A stretch of 64,000 bases of DNA. Source: Dendrobates tinctorius. Taxonomy: Eukaryota. The notes beneath the pieces are model-generated. The model saw nothing but the letters and a program-made list of their open reading frames with translations, was not told where the DNA came from and did no database searches. This document shows, one piece after another, positions 13,101 to 28,100 of the stretch. The translations under genes and the position numbers were made by a program. Position 1 is the first letter of the stretch. Each line of letters begins with the position of its first letter. The stretch spans positions 23,498,001 through 23,562,000 of the forward strand of contig NW_027361677.1 in NCBI RefSeq assembly GCF_039654945.1. The letters run 5' to 3'.

Positions 13101-16100
13101 TGCTCCATATTCATACTATAAATCTAGGTTTGAGATGAAACAAGCCATGCTGTGATTTGTAGTACTACAGCGGATGATGAAATGATACATTATGTGTGAT
13201 CATATCTCTGCTTCCTTATGTTTCTGGCCATCATCAGGGTGATGTCTTCCAACCTGACCTCAGCACCTTTCACCACCGACCTCCCAGCTGCCTGCAGAGT
13301 CACCTTCCCTTCCTCCTCATCAACTTTACGAGAAAAAACTGAGGCCTACCAAATGGTAAATTTAATGGTAAGTTACCTTTTTAGCCCATACTTGCAATTA
13401 CGATGTGGCATTTATCACATTGTTATATATTAGCTGGGCTGAGCATTGAAAATGTGGCATGTAAACGTGGCAGTAAGTTTTGGGGTTTAACTTTGTGATA
13501 ACATTTGTTGCGGCTGATTACACCATAATCTGCTCCTCCGCCATTTTTGCAGCTTGCAGATGAAGGTTGTACGATCTGATCCGCGTGACTGCAACAATAT
13601 TCCACATGCAAAAAAATCTGCTGCAAAATGTCCTTTTTTCCAGCTTTCCATACATCTTGCTGTAATCTTCACAACATTAACCCTTTCTCCCCTTTTCTTT
13701 CCAGCTCTTGGCTCTCTCCGTGAATCCATTTAGTCACGTGAGTCCTGTGGAAATAGCGGGTCCGGTGGTGAACATAATGCTCGGGGCTGATGATGGCAGC
13801 ATTGGCGTTGACAATATGACAGAGTACATTGAGGTGGGCAGAACTTCTGGCTTGATATGAGCCAGGGAATAGATGCGTGCGCCAACAGGGGCGAGCGATG
13901 CCAGGCGATGATGCATACATAGCTCTGCTCCTAATTTCTCTTCGTATTTTTGCAGATTGCCCTGTTGGTTTTGGCTTCCTACCAGTATGATGTGAGAGGT
14001 GACATATGCCAGGGATCTCACAATTTTGCCGTATTTTTTTTCTTCATATCTTCTAGATCGTGTTGATCAAAAACCAGAGCGCAATGACCAATGAGTCCCA
14101 GATGCACCTGACCAAAGAGAAGAACATCATTTTAACGCTAAACCTGACCTCTGCCAACCATTCTGTGGTCCTGAAACTGGAGCCGGAACTTCCAGTCCAG
14201 CTTATCCTATATGTCGGATTTGAGGCTAAACCCAACAGTAGCTTATTCCTGCACGAGGTCTCCCTGCCAAACGGTAAGGACCCCCATCCTGGTTCATTCA
14301 TTCACCATGACATTGCAGTGATGCTATTTAGCGGGGAGCAGAAACAGAAAGCAGAGAACCCCTGTGCAAGAAGAATAAATTGTCCCTTGCTTTCCAGTAG
14401 CTCCTTGGACAGCAACCCTTATATGTTACCCTAATTTCTGATGCCCACATGGTATTGCCGCCCTTGGTCGAACATGTTGTATGGCCGCCCTTGGTTGATC
14501 ATTTGGTACGGCCGCTCTTGGTTGATCATATGGTATAGCCGCCCTTGGTTGATTATATGGTACGGCCGCTCTTGGTTGATCATATGGTATAGCCGCCCTT
14601 GGTTGATTATATGGTACGGCCGCTCTTGGTTGATCATATGGTATGGCCGCCCTTGGTTGATTATATGGTATGGCCGCCCTTGGTTGATTATATGGTATGG
14701 CCGCTCTTGGTTGATCATATGGTATAGCCGCCCTTGGTTGATTATATGGTACGGCCGCTCTTGGTTGATCATATGGTATGGCCACCCTTGGTTGATTATA
14801 TGGTATGGCCGCCCTTGGTTGATTATATGGTACGGCCGCTCTTGGTTGATCATATGGTATGGCCACCCTTGGTTGATTATATGGTCCGGCCACTCTTGGT
14901 TGATCATATGGTATGGCCACCCTTGGTTGATTATATGGTACGGCCGCCCTTGGTTGATCATATGGTATGGCCGCCCTTGGTTGATCATATGGTATGGCCG
15001 CCCTTGGTTGATCATATGGTATGGCCACCCTTGGTTGATCATATGGTACGGCCGCCCTTGGTTGATCATATGGTACGGCCGCTATTGGTTGATCATATGG
15101 TATGGCCGCCCTTGGTTGATTATATGGTATGGCCACCCTTGGTTGATCATATGGTATGGCCACCCTTGGTTGATCACATTGTAAGGCCGCCCTTGGTTGA
15201 TTATATAGTACGGCCGATCTTGGTTGATCATATGGTATGGCTGCCCTTGGTTGATCATATGGTATGGCCGCCCTTGGTTGATCATATGGTTCGGCCGCCC
15301 TTGGTTGATCATATGGAGTGGCCACCCTTGGTTGATCATATGGTATGGCCGCCCTTGGTTGATCATATGGTATGGCCACCCTTTGTTGATCATATGGTAT
15401 GGCCGCACTTGGTTGATCATATGGTATGGCCGCCCTTGGTTGACCATATGGTATGGCCGCCCTTGGTTGAACATATGGTAAGGCCGCCCTTGGTTGATCA
15501 CATGGTATGGTCGCCCTTGGTTGAACATATGGTATGGCCGCCCTTGGTTGACCATATGGTATGGCCACCCTTGGTTGATCATATGGTATGGCCACCCTTT
15601 GTTGATCATATGGTATGGCCGCCCTTGGTTGACCATATGGTATGGCCGCCCCTGGTTGACCATATGGTATGGCCGCCCTTGGTTGAACATATGGTAAGGC
15701 CGCCCTTGGTTGATCACATGGTATGGTCGCCCTTGGTTGAACATATGGTATGGCCACCCTTGGTTGATCATATGGTATGGCCACCCTTGGTTGATCATAT
15801 GGTATGGTCGCCCTTGGTTGATCATATGGTATGGTCGCCCTTGGTTGATCATATGGTATGGCCACCCTTGGTTGACCATATGGTAAGGCCGCCCTTGGTT
15901 GATCATATGGTATGGTCGCCCTTGGTTGATCATATGGTAAGGCCGCCCTTGCTTGAACATATGGTATGGCTGCCCTTGCTTGAACATATGGTAAGGCCCC
16001 CCTTAGTTGACCATATGGTAAGGCCGCCCTTGCTTGACGAGTATAGTTTTTTTTAACTTATTTTCAATCTAATGTCTCCTTTTTCTTTCCAGATGGCTTA

Positions 16101-19100
16101 TTTACCTGGGTGTTCACTCAAGACTACTTTACCAATGGCATCGGGATATACTATATCAATGTGACTTTGACTAATGGAAGTATATGGGAGAAGCAGACAA
16201 CTTTGGCTTGTACTGTCAGCCTATTCGCTGCACAGTGTGTTTACTGGGATGAAGATTTGGGAGACTGGGATGAATATGGCTGTTTTGTGAGCACTTAAAG
16301 TTTTTTTTTTTGGTTTTTTTTATATCCCCATCGCCTGCTGCAGTTTATTTAAAGAAAACAATCTTTAGTCACTCTCCCCAGGTCCATTTATGAGTCTCTG
16401 CCACCACTCCTGGTGTCTCTTATTGTCTGCAGCGTTGATGTCGACAGCACTGCAGCCAATCGGTGAACTTGGGGGCCCGCTTATTGATTCACTTTAGGCT
16501 ATCAATGTGACGCTAATGCTACAGACAGTAACAGAGTAACAGTGGCGTAGACTCAGCACTTGACCCAGTGAGGGTGAGAAATGCGCATTTTTTCCTAAAC
16601 ATTCTGAAGCCGTAAAACCTTTTTAACTTTATCCATCATGTTTCTGTGCATTATATCTATCTATGCTCATGTATTAGTCAAGGTACTGTAAGCTTGCAGC
16701 ATTGCTGACACATTTATTTCCACTTTTTTGGAGACAGGTTGGACCCAGAAGCACAGAATTAGAGACCCACTGCCTGTGCAACCACCTGACTTTTTTTGCA
16801 AGCTCCTTCTTGGTCATGCCGCATGTGGTGGACCTCAGCGATACTCTGATGCTCTTTGCCAATGTGGCAAATAATCCAGTTGGGCTGGCGCTGCTCGGCA
16901 GCCTGGTAGGATTCTTCCTGATTGTGGTATTTTGGGCGTGGAAAAAAGACAAAGAGGATTTTAAAAAGGTAAACGGGAAGACATGACTACGAGGCATGAA
17001 GAGATGACACCGGGGGGAGTTTCTAAAATACATCCATCACCGGCACCAGGTACTGCGCTGCTTGTAATCCTGACTTTATGCATTTTCTTTCCATCTTCAG
17101 GTCAGAGTGGCCATTCTTACAGATAATGATCCTGCTTTTCACCATAGATATATGGTCAAAGTATGCACCGGATTTCGTAGGGGGTCTGGCACCACTTCTC
17201 AGGTATATACTTTGTATACTGCACCTGTTTGCCGTTATGATAACCCTGTTGGTGTTTGTTGCCTAATAAAAAAAATATATACTTTTTTTGGTTAGCGATC
17301 AGACGTACAAGTCATGAGAAATCTATAGGCTGGAAGTGCACTGGGGGCGTGTCAGGGCACTCGCACTGTTTCATCCACACCCCCAGTGCACTTTCAGCCT
17401 ATTTTGCATACGGTTCCGGATTTGAAAAAAATGGAATCATTTTTATTGCCGTACAATCTCATGTCTAAAAAATGGTTAATTTTAATGTCAAATTAGATTA
17501 TTTTCATATTCCTTATGGATTTATCATGATCTTTTTTTTCTCTGTTTTTGCAGGTTGTTCTGACCCTGTATGGATCAGAGGGGCAGTCTGATTCCCATCT
17601 CCTATCGGATTCTGAGAAGGAGATATTTCACAGAGGGGCGGTCGATGTTTTCCTGCTAAAGACGTGTAATTTGGGGGAGCTGCACAGCCTGAGACTTTGG
17701 CACAGTAACTCTGGACTCAGCCCTTCTTGGTAATGGATCTGATTAATAAAAATGCCGTAGATCTGTCTTTGGAGTCCCTCAAGTGTTTTTTTTTTGTTTT
17801 TTGTCATTTGGACAGGTACGTGCACCGTGTCTCGGTGACTGATCTGGCCGCTGAGAAGACTTGGTACTTTCTTTGCGACTCTTGGCTTTCTGCCGACTTC
17901 GCCGATTGCCAGATGGACCGAATCTTTGCTTCTGCCTCTAAAGCCAACCTAATGTCTCTGAGGTATGGAATCACGTAGGACGCAATGGCAGCACACGCCA
18001 AATACTTTGACTCTCCCATATTTGTAGATCTTGCATTATCTGTTTTTCATAAGTTTTTGCTGGCACAGAGGTGCCGTCCGGTGACACCTGCTCCTATGGC
18101 TAGGGTCACAGGACCGTTTTCTCTCCATGCGAGAAATATGGTCCTATTGTGCTAATCAGACTCTGATCAGAGGGGGATCCGAGTTTCTCGGAGGTGGAGA
18201 GAAAAAAAAAGTTTCTCCACCCCCTCCTTTATGTCACTCCGTGAAAATAAGACCCATAGACTTGAAACCGATTCTTGCAGGCATGGGCCCATATACTTGA
18301 ATCAGATTCCTGCAGGCCTTGACCCATAGACTTGAATTCGATTCTTGCAGGCGTTGACCCATAGACTTGAATTCGATTCTTGCAGGCGTGAACCCATAGA
18401 CTTGAATCTGATTCTTGCAGGCATGGGCCCATAGACTTGAATTCGATTCTTGCAGGCGTGGACCCATAGACTTGATCCCGATTCTTGCAGGCATGGGCCC
18501 ATAGACTTGATCCCGATTCTTGCAGGCATGGACCCATAGACTTGAACCCAATTCTTACAGGCGTGGACCATAGACTTGAACCCGATTCTTGCAGGCATGG
18601 GCCCATAGACTTGATCCCGATTCTTGCAGGCGTGGACCCATAGACTTGATCCCGATTCTTGCAGGCGTGGACCCATAGACTTGATCCCGATTCTTGCAGG
18701 CATGGACCCATAGACTTGAACCCAATTCTTACAGGCGTGGACCATAGACTTGAACCCGATTCTTGCAGGCATGGGCCCATAGACTTGAACCCGATTCTTG
18801 CAGGCATGGACCCATAGATGTGAACCCGATTCTTGCACAGAGCGATTATTTTCCATGGACCACTCGGTTGGAGAAGAAAATCGGACATGTGCACAGCCCT
18901 GTAGCATAACATGGGTGTGAGTGCTGTCCGTCAAAACCATGGATAGCAGTCACTGATTTGTCTGGCTGTGTGCACGATTACTTACATTTAGCCACCGTCC
19001 TGTATTATGGGCCCCTACCAATGTTACGTTTATTATTGCTTCACTCTGGGACTTTTGCCGTTTTATGTTTGCAGGTATCTGCTATTCTCAGGCACCGTAG

Positions 19101-22100
19101 AGAAATTTCTCAAAGATCACCTGTGGTTTTCAGTGTGGACTCGTTGCCCCTGGAGCCCGTTCACCCGCGTGCAGAGGATCTGTTGCTGCATGTGTCTCTT
19201 GTTCTGTGGCCTGGTCATTAATATCATGTTCTGGAACGATCGTTCGGACGAGGACTCACAGACAGGTACACGGGAACAGAGCCGAGACCTGAATATAGTG
19301 AAAAATGGAGGCACAAACTACAGTATATTAAGAAATGACTTACTAGGCGCATGTATACACCCATACTGGGGTCAATAAAGGTTTTCGGCATTGTGACCTA
19401 TTCTAGAGATGGAGGCAATGTGAACAGTTGTCGATTCTTAGCTAGAACTGACAGTATTTTATACTATTCTCTTATATCTGGTCGATTTCTTTACAGGGAA
19501 GTTTTTAATAACCTTCACTCAGATTATAATCAGCGTCCAGTCGTCAGCCATCCTGCTGCCTGTGAATCTCCTGATTGTACAGATGTTCCAGCTCATCCAG
19601 GTACAAGTGAAACAGGTGACGCCAACGCTAAATAAGCTACGTGTTTCCCTCGCGCCAAAACCACCAGCCAAAGAGGCTGCGGCACAGCATCTGCTCAAGG
19701 TAAGAGCGTTCGATTCTTAATATGGCCATACACCTGAGATTGCTTCCTGCTAAACCCTTGATCAGTTTACGGCGATCACCCCGAACCTGCCGATCACATA
19801 TGCGCTCAATCAGTGGAGAGTGGAGGATGATCAGGCATGTTATAATCCATCAGCCCAATCATCTTTCTTTCCCTGCCATTGAGGAAGAAGTGAGAGCCCC
19901 GATTCACATTAACAACGGAGCGTCCTGCCAAATTTGGCGGACATAGTACACACCTGATATAATGAGCACCATTATATTCTGCAGTGTATTATAGTAGCGA
20001 CATTTTGGATGATTTTACTAAATCTTATCCACACTGTGGAAAAAAAAAAAAATCTTTGCATAGTTGACCTTTTATAAAAGGTGCAATTTCTGCAACGAAA
20101 AAAATGCGCACAACTCTTACGGATTTTGCTCGTGTTGATTTGGCTGCAAATATTCTGTTGTTTTTATTTATTATTTTTAACACACTTATAGTGATTATAG
20201 TCTACGGACAAGTTCACGCGTCCATTTTTCCTTTGCAAAAAAAAAAAAAAAAAAAGAATTGTCCAATTTTCATCCAATTTCTGTATCAATTAAAATGGGT
20301 CCACCAAAGAATTGGACAACACATGGACGCTATCGGAGTTGCCTCCTAGCACGATCTGTTTTTCACCATCTTTGGCCACGTTCAGTGTTTGTAAGCCAAA
20401 TTCAGAGGAAAAATACGGTATACTAGAAACACGTCACCACTTCTGTATTTTTCACCCACTCCTGATTTTGACTTACAAATACTGAATGTGGCCTAATGGA
20501 TAGGAGAAGATTGGTGAAACCTCCATATTTTTTTTTTATTTCGCATACAAGATGCAGGAAATGCCACGCTGGTGGTAAAAAATGGGCAAACTATAGCAAA
20601 ACGGGTGAAAAATTGAATAAAATACAGATGTACTGAACTTAGCCAGTGAATATTTGAGTTACAGCCTTGTGTCACCAATTTGGTTGTCGCCTACATTTTA
20701 TATATATATTTTTTTCTTCTATCTTGTCCTGTGTTTTAGGAGCTAAAAGATATCGTGGACTACCTCCAGAAGTATATAATCCAGGTTCTGGGCGAGAGTG
20801 CCAACGATCTGCCTTCTCCTAAATCTGACTCCGTGCTCGCCTACATAGAGACATTGTCCTGTCTGGTGGAATCCTACATCTGTGTTGCCGGAGAAAGTTC
20901 CCAGAGTATCAATCACATGACGGGTGCGTATATCCAGCAACCCCAAAAATAAATAGCACCCCCCAATTATGACTAACCTCTCGCCATCTTCCGTTGCAGT
21001 CATCACCCCACATCAGTGTCATTTCTTACATTACCTATATAAAATCTTGGAGAACCTCCAGTATCAAGTCTCCTCTGTGGATCTGGATTATGTCCCTAAA
21101 TCTATCGATTACATCCAAGCCTCCAATATTCTGTTCGATCTGAAGGAACTTCTGCACACCTTTAATGTATCCGGGGCACCACTGCCAAGCAGGTATCCAA
21201 CACAGGTCCTGACTGGCGATCCTCAATATCTCAGTGGTGTGTAATTTGCTTATTTTGTTTTGTTTTTTTTTTACAGCTTGACCACGAGTTTTCCTGTTAC
21301 CATAAACCAGAAAAGATGTCAGATGCCCAAATTTTTCACCTTCTTGTGTTGGTTCTTTTTGTTTGCAATCAGCTTCTTTTCTGCTTTCTACATGGTGCTG
21401 ATTAGTCTGGACATGACCAAGGCCAAAGCCACCAGCTGGCTCATATCCATCCTGCTCTCCCTGCTACAGAGCATCGTCTTAATACCACCCATCAAGGTAT
21501 ATGCATGCAAAATTGGCGAGGGGTGTGGATTTAGAATTCTGTCTGTGGATTTTCCTCTCTCTCTACTTCACCAATGCAAACGCAGACGTGGCTGTCGGCC
21601 ATGTCCCTGCTGACGCTGTTTGCTGTTGCACAGGTGTTTGCACAGACTATCTTCATGTTCCGTATCCTGAAGAGAAGAAATATTGAAGACGCCTCCGAGG
21701 AACAGCAACTGTACGGGATTCTTGGCCTGCTGGGTTAGTACAGTGTCATGTTATTTTGGCCATGGAATTTGCTGAAGTCCCCCCAATAGGGTGACAATGG
21801 GATCCGCACTGATCCTAATAAATGTGTCGTAAACGCTTAGGTACCAAATCCTTTCCATTATAATTTATAATTATTTTTTGGCACTTGTACTCACAGTAAG
21901 CCGTGAAGACTGGGAGCTATCAGGCTTCAGGGACCCATCTAATCTGGTGTATCGGGCGCCATCTAACAAGAACACCACCAGTCTGAAGAAACAGAGATCC
22001 ATGGAGACGAAACTTTACAAACTGATCCATGAGATTGCTGGTAAGGCAAATTATTTCTATTTTTGCTATGTCTATATCAAATAGCGATCATTACATGAAT

Positions 22101-25100
22101 TATCTAATACAAATACCTGTCCTGGAGACTCCCAGAAAAAGGGGGAACCCTCCAGGGTTCGTGAGAAAACGGGATACAACGCCTTGGAGAAAAACTGCAA
22201 CAATTATGTAGGTACTATTGAATCTGAGGTCGTGAGATAAAATGTATCTGAGACCAAAGTTGAGACAAATAAGTGTATTTAACAAAGCAAGAAGTAGAAC
22301 ATAAACTAACAGAGATTTTCCTGCAATTGTAACGAAGTGCACAGCACACAACAGAGACGTTCAGCAAACTTAATAGCGGGGCGCGACCGCTAATATAAGC
22401 TAGTCCAGCAGTAATAAGAAGCAAGAGTGCGAACGGCACTTATACGTGGAAGTCCAGCAGTGAAGAGAAGAATACAACCGGCACTCATACGTGGAAGTCC
22501 AGAACTATGCAGACAGAGGAGATGACATTTTTCATGGAAGTCCAGAAATACATGAGTGGGGCATAACAGGAAGAAGGCCTTAAATGTACCTTTTGGGTTG
22601 AAAAATTCCACTCTAGTCCTGCACAGCAGCCCACAACAGACACAGTCTCAGAAGTCTGGACAGTAAGTAACCCCAGCCTGGATCCAGAAGCAGCTTAGAA
22701 GACTGAAGGCAGCTGGAAGTGGCGAGTCAGAGCACTGAGTAAGGAGCAGCAGCTGCAACCTCAGAGGCAAGTCAGGAGAAAGCTCAGAAGCAAACAGCAA
22801 AAAAATACTCAGGCAAGGAGGATCTCCGGACCCGGACTTAAATAGCAGGACAGACAGGATGTTCGAGGATAGGGCGAAGACCGGACTCCATCTTGGACAA
22901 GGGCAAAGCAGGCTCCATGGAACATCCGGAATCCTTACAAAAACAGTACTTTTGAAAGTTTTCCTGTGTCTTGAGCCTGGATGCGCTGTCATCCAATGTT
23001 TATTCCTAAGGGCGGAAATGGTGCAGTGACCTGTAAAAAGGGGCTTGGTAATAGAAATTTTTTAACACTGTGCTTTGTACATTGCAGTCCGGAAGTGTGA
23101 AAATTGGCAAGCATATCAATAAGAAAACCTTTCCACAAGGCAACCCTTAGACACAGGCCAAATGACTATCTTGGTTGCTGCTGGAATTGACATTTATTGA
23201 CAAGTCTAAGAAAAAACAAATGCAAAAACCCTGCACCCAATATTTCAGATTTTATTTTAAAGGGGGTTTTACATCTTTAGGGACATTTTTTTACTTGAAT
23301 GCATTTTGGGGATCAAAATAATTTTTTTACAGTTGGATTTTATTCAAAGTTTTACAGCGTTTGCCTCCTATAGCACTGTGTATTTCTGGCTGCAGAACCA
23401 GTTCACTGAGAATTCAACATTGGAAAACTCTCCCATGAGAATGAGCACAATTTATTTTTTGCTTTCTGGGCTCCTCTCAGTTGATTTATGACAACAGACC
23501 ACAATTGCATGTGCAGAGAAACAAAAAAAACCTGTAAAAGCCAAATTGTGTAAAAAATTTTATTGAAAAAAAAAAAAGATATATATCTATTTTTAGGCCC
23601 CAAAAATTATCCAAAGGAAATTACTTAAGGTATAAACTGTGTTCCAAATTATTATGCAAAAAGAGTTTAGGAGTGATAAGGTTAGAATTTTTCTGTTTGT
23701 CATTTAAACTCATTGATGGTTATGTGTGTCAGGGCTCTTTATATCACTGAAAGCAATTGCAGATACCTGTGCAAATTAGTTTGGCAGGTGTGTCCAAATA
23801 AAGGCAAGACTACTTAAGAAGGCTGTTCCACATTATTAAGCAGCCGACATTTTTTGCCAAAATGGGAAAGAAAAAGGATGTGTCGGCTACTGAGAAGCAA
23901 CAAATTGTGGAGTATTTAGGTCAAGGCATGACTACAATCAACATTGCCAAGACACGTCATCGTGATCATCGCACAATCAAGAAGTCTGTAGCTGATTCCC
24001 AGCACACACGTGTGCGTGCTGAAAAGGAAAAATTGAGGACTCTTTCCAACAGGCAATTGCGTCAGGTTAAAAGAGCAGCAGACAAGTTTTTGAAGCTGCT
24101 GGTGCCTCCAACGTCCCCCGAACAACAAGATGCAGGGTCCTTCAGAGATTTGCAGCTGTGCGTAAGCCGTCCTGTCGACCACCTCTATCCACTGCACACA
24201 AGCAGAAACGGCTCCAGTGGGCCAAACGATAAATGAGACGGACTTCCAGACTGTTCTCTTCACTGATGAGTGCCGTGCAACGCTCGATGGTCCAGATGGA
24301 TGGAGTGGAGGATGGCTGGTTGATGGACACCCCATGAAAACACGGCTAAGGCGCCAACAAGGAGGAGGTGGAGTAATGTTTTGGGCTGGAATCATGGGGA
24401 GAGAGATTGTCGGCCCCTTTAGGATCCCTGAAGGGGTAAAGATGAACTCCATAATCTATGTGGAGTTTCTAAAACAGCACTTCCTGCCATGGTTCAAGAG
24501 GAAGAACCGTGCTTTCCGCAGCAAGATCGTTTTCATGCATGATAATGCACCGTCTCATGCTGCAAATAACACATCTGCATCTCTGGCTGCTATGGGAGGA
24601 CAAACTTATGGTGTGGCCACCATCTTCCCCTGACCTCCACCCCATTGCGAACCTCTGGTGCATCATCAAAAGGAGTGTCTATGATGGCGGGAGGCAGTTC
24701 ACATCTAAGCAACAGCTCTGGGAGGGGATTCTGTCCACATGCCAAACAATTGAAGCACAAACCATCCAAAAACTGACAAATTCAATGGACGAGAGAGTTC
24801 AGAAGCTTCTTTCCAACAAGGGGTCCTATGTGCAAATGTAACATCACCTAGAATAAAGTTTTGACTTGAAAACTGTTTGATTTCATTTTGTAATAAGCTG
24901 ATAATGCTTATAATTTCACAATTGACCATTTTTTTGTTCAAAATAAAAAGGTTGAAAACTCTGCTGTGCATAATAATTTAGAACATGCATTTTGCGTGTT
25001 TCTTATTTTTAAATATATACTGTTTTCATAGGCAGCTTGTTCAAAAACATTGCAATTATACTAGAATAGTAGATGACTGGAAAATAACAATGACTGCAAT

Positions 25101-28100
25101 TCATATAGGTAATTTACAGAAAATAGGAGGAAATATTTTTTGCATAATAATTTGGAACACCGTGTATAATAAGCTATTATGACGGTTATTGCAGATATTG
25201 TTTTCCATTTTTAGGTTTACCAAATTATGCCAGTTTCTTTATTCTTTTGCTAGTGCACATGATTTTTCTGGTCACCACCATGCTTATGGTATATGCAGAC
25301 AAAAGTCCCAATGAGTACAACCTGTACACGGCCATAACCAGCAGCTTCTCCACTGTGAATAACATTCAGTTCATACCAGATTTTTATAGCTGGTCACGAG
25401 GAACGTTGCTACCAAATCTGTATACCGAAAACCCAGGTAAGCGATATTTACCAGACCATACATGGTGGCTGTATTGGTGGCCATATTGCTGATCAACACC
25501 AAAAATGCTGTAATAGAAAGATTTAAGTTTATAAACCTATTTCTTATGACTCTCATCTCAGGGTTCATTACTGATGGAAACTGCTTCCTCCTGGGCAGCC
25601 CCCGCATCCGGCAGCTACGAAGACTCTATAACAGTGCAGGCAATCAGAAGCTGTACCACCGAGAGGATACGGGCAGCTACGGGCCTATGTGGAGCCCATT
25701 AAATGGCAGCAGCAATGCTTCAACAGACATGTGGATGTACCACACGGTGGCTGATCTGGGAGGACATCCAGTCTGGACACAGCTTGAATATTACCCTGGA
25801 GGGGGATATGTGGCAGAACTGGGCCTAAACAGCAGCTCTGCTGGGAGGTATAACGTTGGAACCACCGCTACAGGACGCACGGGTCTGAGTAGGGCTTAAC
25901 GGGTAACTTTCTTATTTCTCTTCTGCAGTGTGATTACTGACATGGAAACAAGCAAATGGCTGGACAGCTACACCAAAGCCATCTTTGTGGAGTTCAACGT
26001 GTACAATGCCAATATAAACTTCTTCTGTCTCATCACCTTCATCCTGGAGACCACCGTGATCGGTAGGACTTGTGTGTATACAGTTACTGTAGGTACAGAA
26101 ATATCCAGACACTGACCGATTGAAGTGGAGACTTTCCGGATACATTAAAGGGGTTGAACAAAAATATCCTGTAAAACATTTTTCAGGATGAATGGTTTGC
26201 ACCTTGTAGGGACTCATCTATATCTGATGAAGTCTTCTATTTATGGTCAACTTAGATACTGAAAGATCCACTTCCTGGAGAGTGATCTTCACTTGGGTGG
26301 ATGCTGTGAAGGGGTTTTTCCTCACTATGGAAATGATTCTGGAATCATCCACCACTGTTGTCTTGCATAGACATCTAGGTCTTTCTGAGATCCCAAGCTT
26401 TTTTTTTGCAGAATGTACTAAACTGTTCATTTGGCCCCTCCTAATATTTTTGCTATCACTTTGATGGATTTCTTCTTTTTCAGCCTAGTTATGGTTGGTT
26501 TCTCTTCCACTGAAATCATCTTTGTCCACATGTTGTGGGTTCATAGCTACAGCTTCTAAATGCAAATGCCACACCTGGAAACAGCTCTAGCCCTTTTACC
26601 TGCTCAATTAATGAGGCAAAAGCCCATTAAAGAGCTTTTGAGATAATTGTCCAATTACCTTTGGTCCTTTAACTAGAGGCAGCTCCATATTAAAGAGCTG
26701 AAATTCCTAAATCCTTCCCAACCCTCAAATGAAAGCAGTGAGTCTGCACTTTAAGCTCACTTTGATTATAGAATTGTATCTTGATTATGTTTTGGTAAAT
26801 GGCTAAAATCCCAAAACTTGTGTCACTGTGCAAATATTTCAGTATGGGAAACACTACTACAGGTGCTGTATATTGCTAGTGATCCTACGGACTTCCTCCT
26901 ACCTGCCGATATCCCCACTCTGTTGTCACTCAGCAAAGGAGGTGCCGTGGAGGCCGGCAGGTATGTTGGCCATGGACTAACATGGTTGCTGGAACAGGGT
27001 CTTGTGCATCGATTCTCATGTAGCTTGCAACCGGCGACGGAAAATCCAACACTTTTGTGACTCGGTGTTGCAGTAGGTCGTAACACAACACATTAAGAAT
27101 TGGTCAGATGCAATGTTCTCCATGGAGCACGAGCCTGTCGAGAACCCTTTGTGGTTCTGTGTATTAATAATTATTCATTGTTCCTGCTCCTTATAGGAAG
27201 TCTATATCCATCAAGCGAATTGCAAATTATGCGACTGTATCATGAAACGGAAGGAAACACAACCGTTAAGTTTGTCAGTGAGATGCTGTCCATTGTGATC
27301 TTCTTGTACATCATTATAGTTCAGGTGAGGATAATTTAGTTAATTTTCTATAGTTAAGGATTAGTAAGTAAACCTAGACCCCAGAGTTGTACACGGAGAT
27401 CATCAGAGCCAACCCCCCCAGTAACCTTCATAGGAATAGAATAAAAGTCTGGCTGCCTGCAGCCACCTCTAGGGGGAGCTCATTGCACTGGGATTCATAC
27501 AGCAGCTATTGAAGTGAAAAAAGTCTCCCCCTAGTGGTGGCTGCATGAAAACACCACTCAGTGCTGTACTATCTTCTGCAATCTACATACAAGTGGGCTC
27601 ATCACTTCATTTTGATCTTTAAAGGTGGTCCGTTTGAAGCAACAAAAATGCTCCTATTTTTGCCAGTCAAGAAACTTGCTGGATTTGTGCATCATTGCAA
27701 TCTGCTCCGCCAACACAGCGCTGTACATAAAGCGTGTATATCTGCGCCAGCGGGATGTAGATCGTTACCATGCAGATCGTACTCGGTGAGGATACACTTT
27801 TATATCTTTATTACAGTCACTATAACTTATGTACAACACTGCGGAATAGGTTGGCGCTTTATTAAAGGGGTATTCCAGATAGAAGCCAATGGAGAGGTGA
27901 TCAATGCTACATTTGTTGGATCATCTGAACTGGGGCCTATTAACGGTCGCTGACGTTTAGGGACTAAGACGCTTCCAGACAAGTCTCACACATTGGACTT
28001 TCATGGCCCAATTGAAGGTCTCTTGACATGAAGTCCTAGGCATATACAAGGCCGTTGAGTCTGGATCCTCCAGACAGTTCCTTTCATCAGATGATGTTAC

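Noticed and set aside
14426-16056. PYDQPRAAI / VDHMVWPPL repeat ORFs
   Set aside because: A 27-bp array inside an intron whose flanking exons join in phase (14273>16093); open on both strands.
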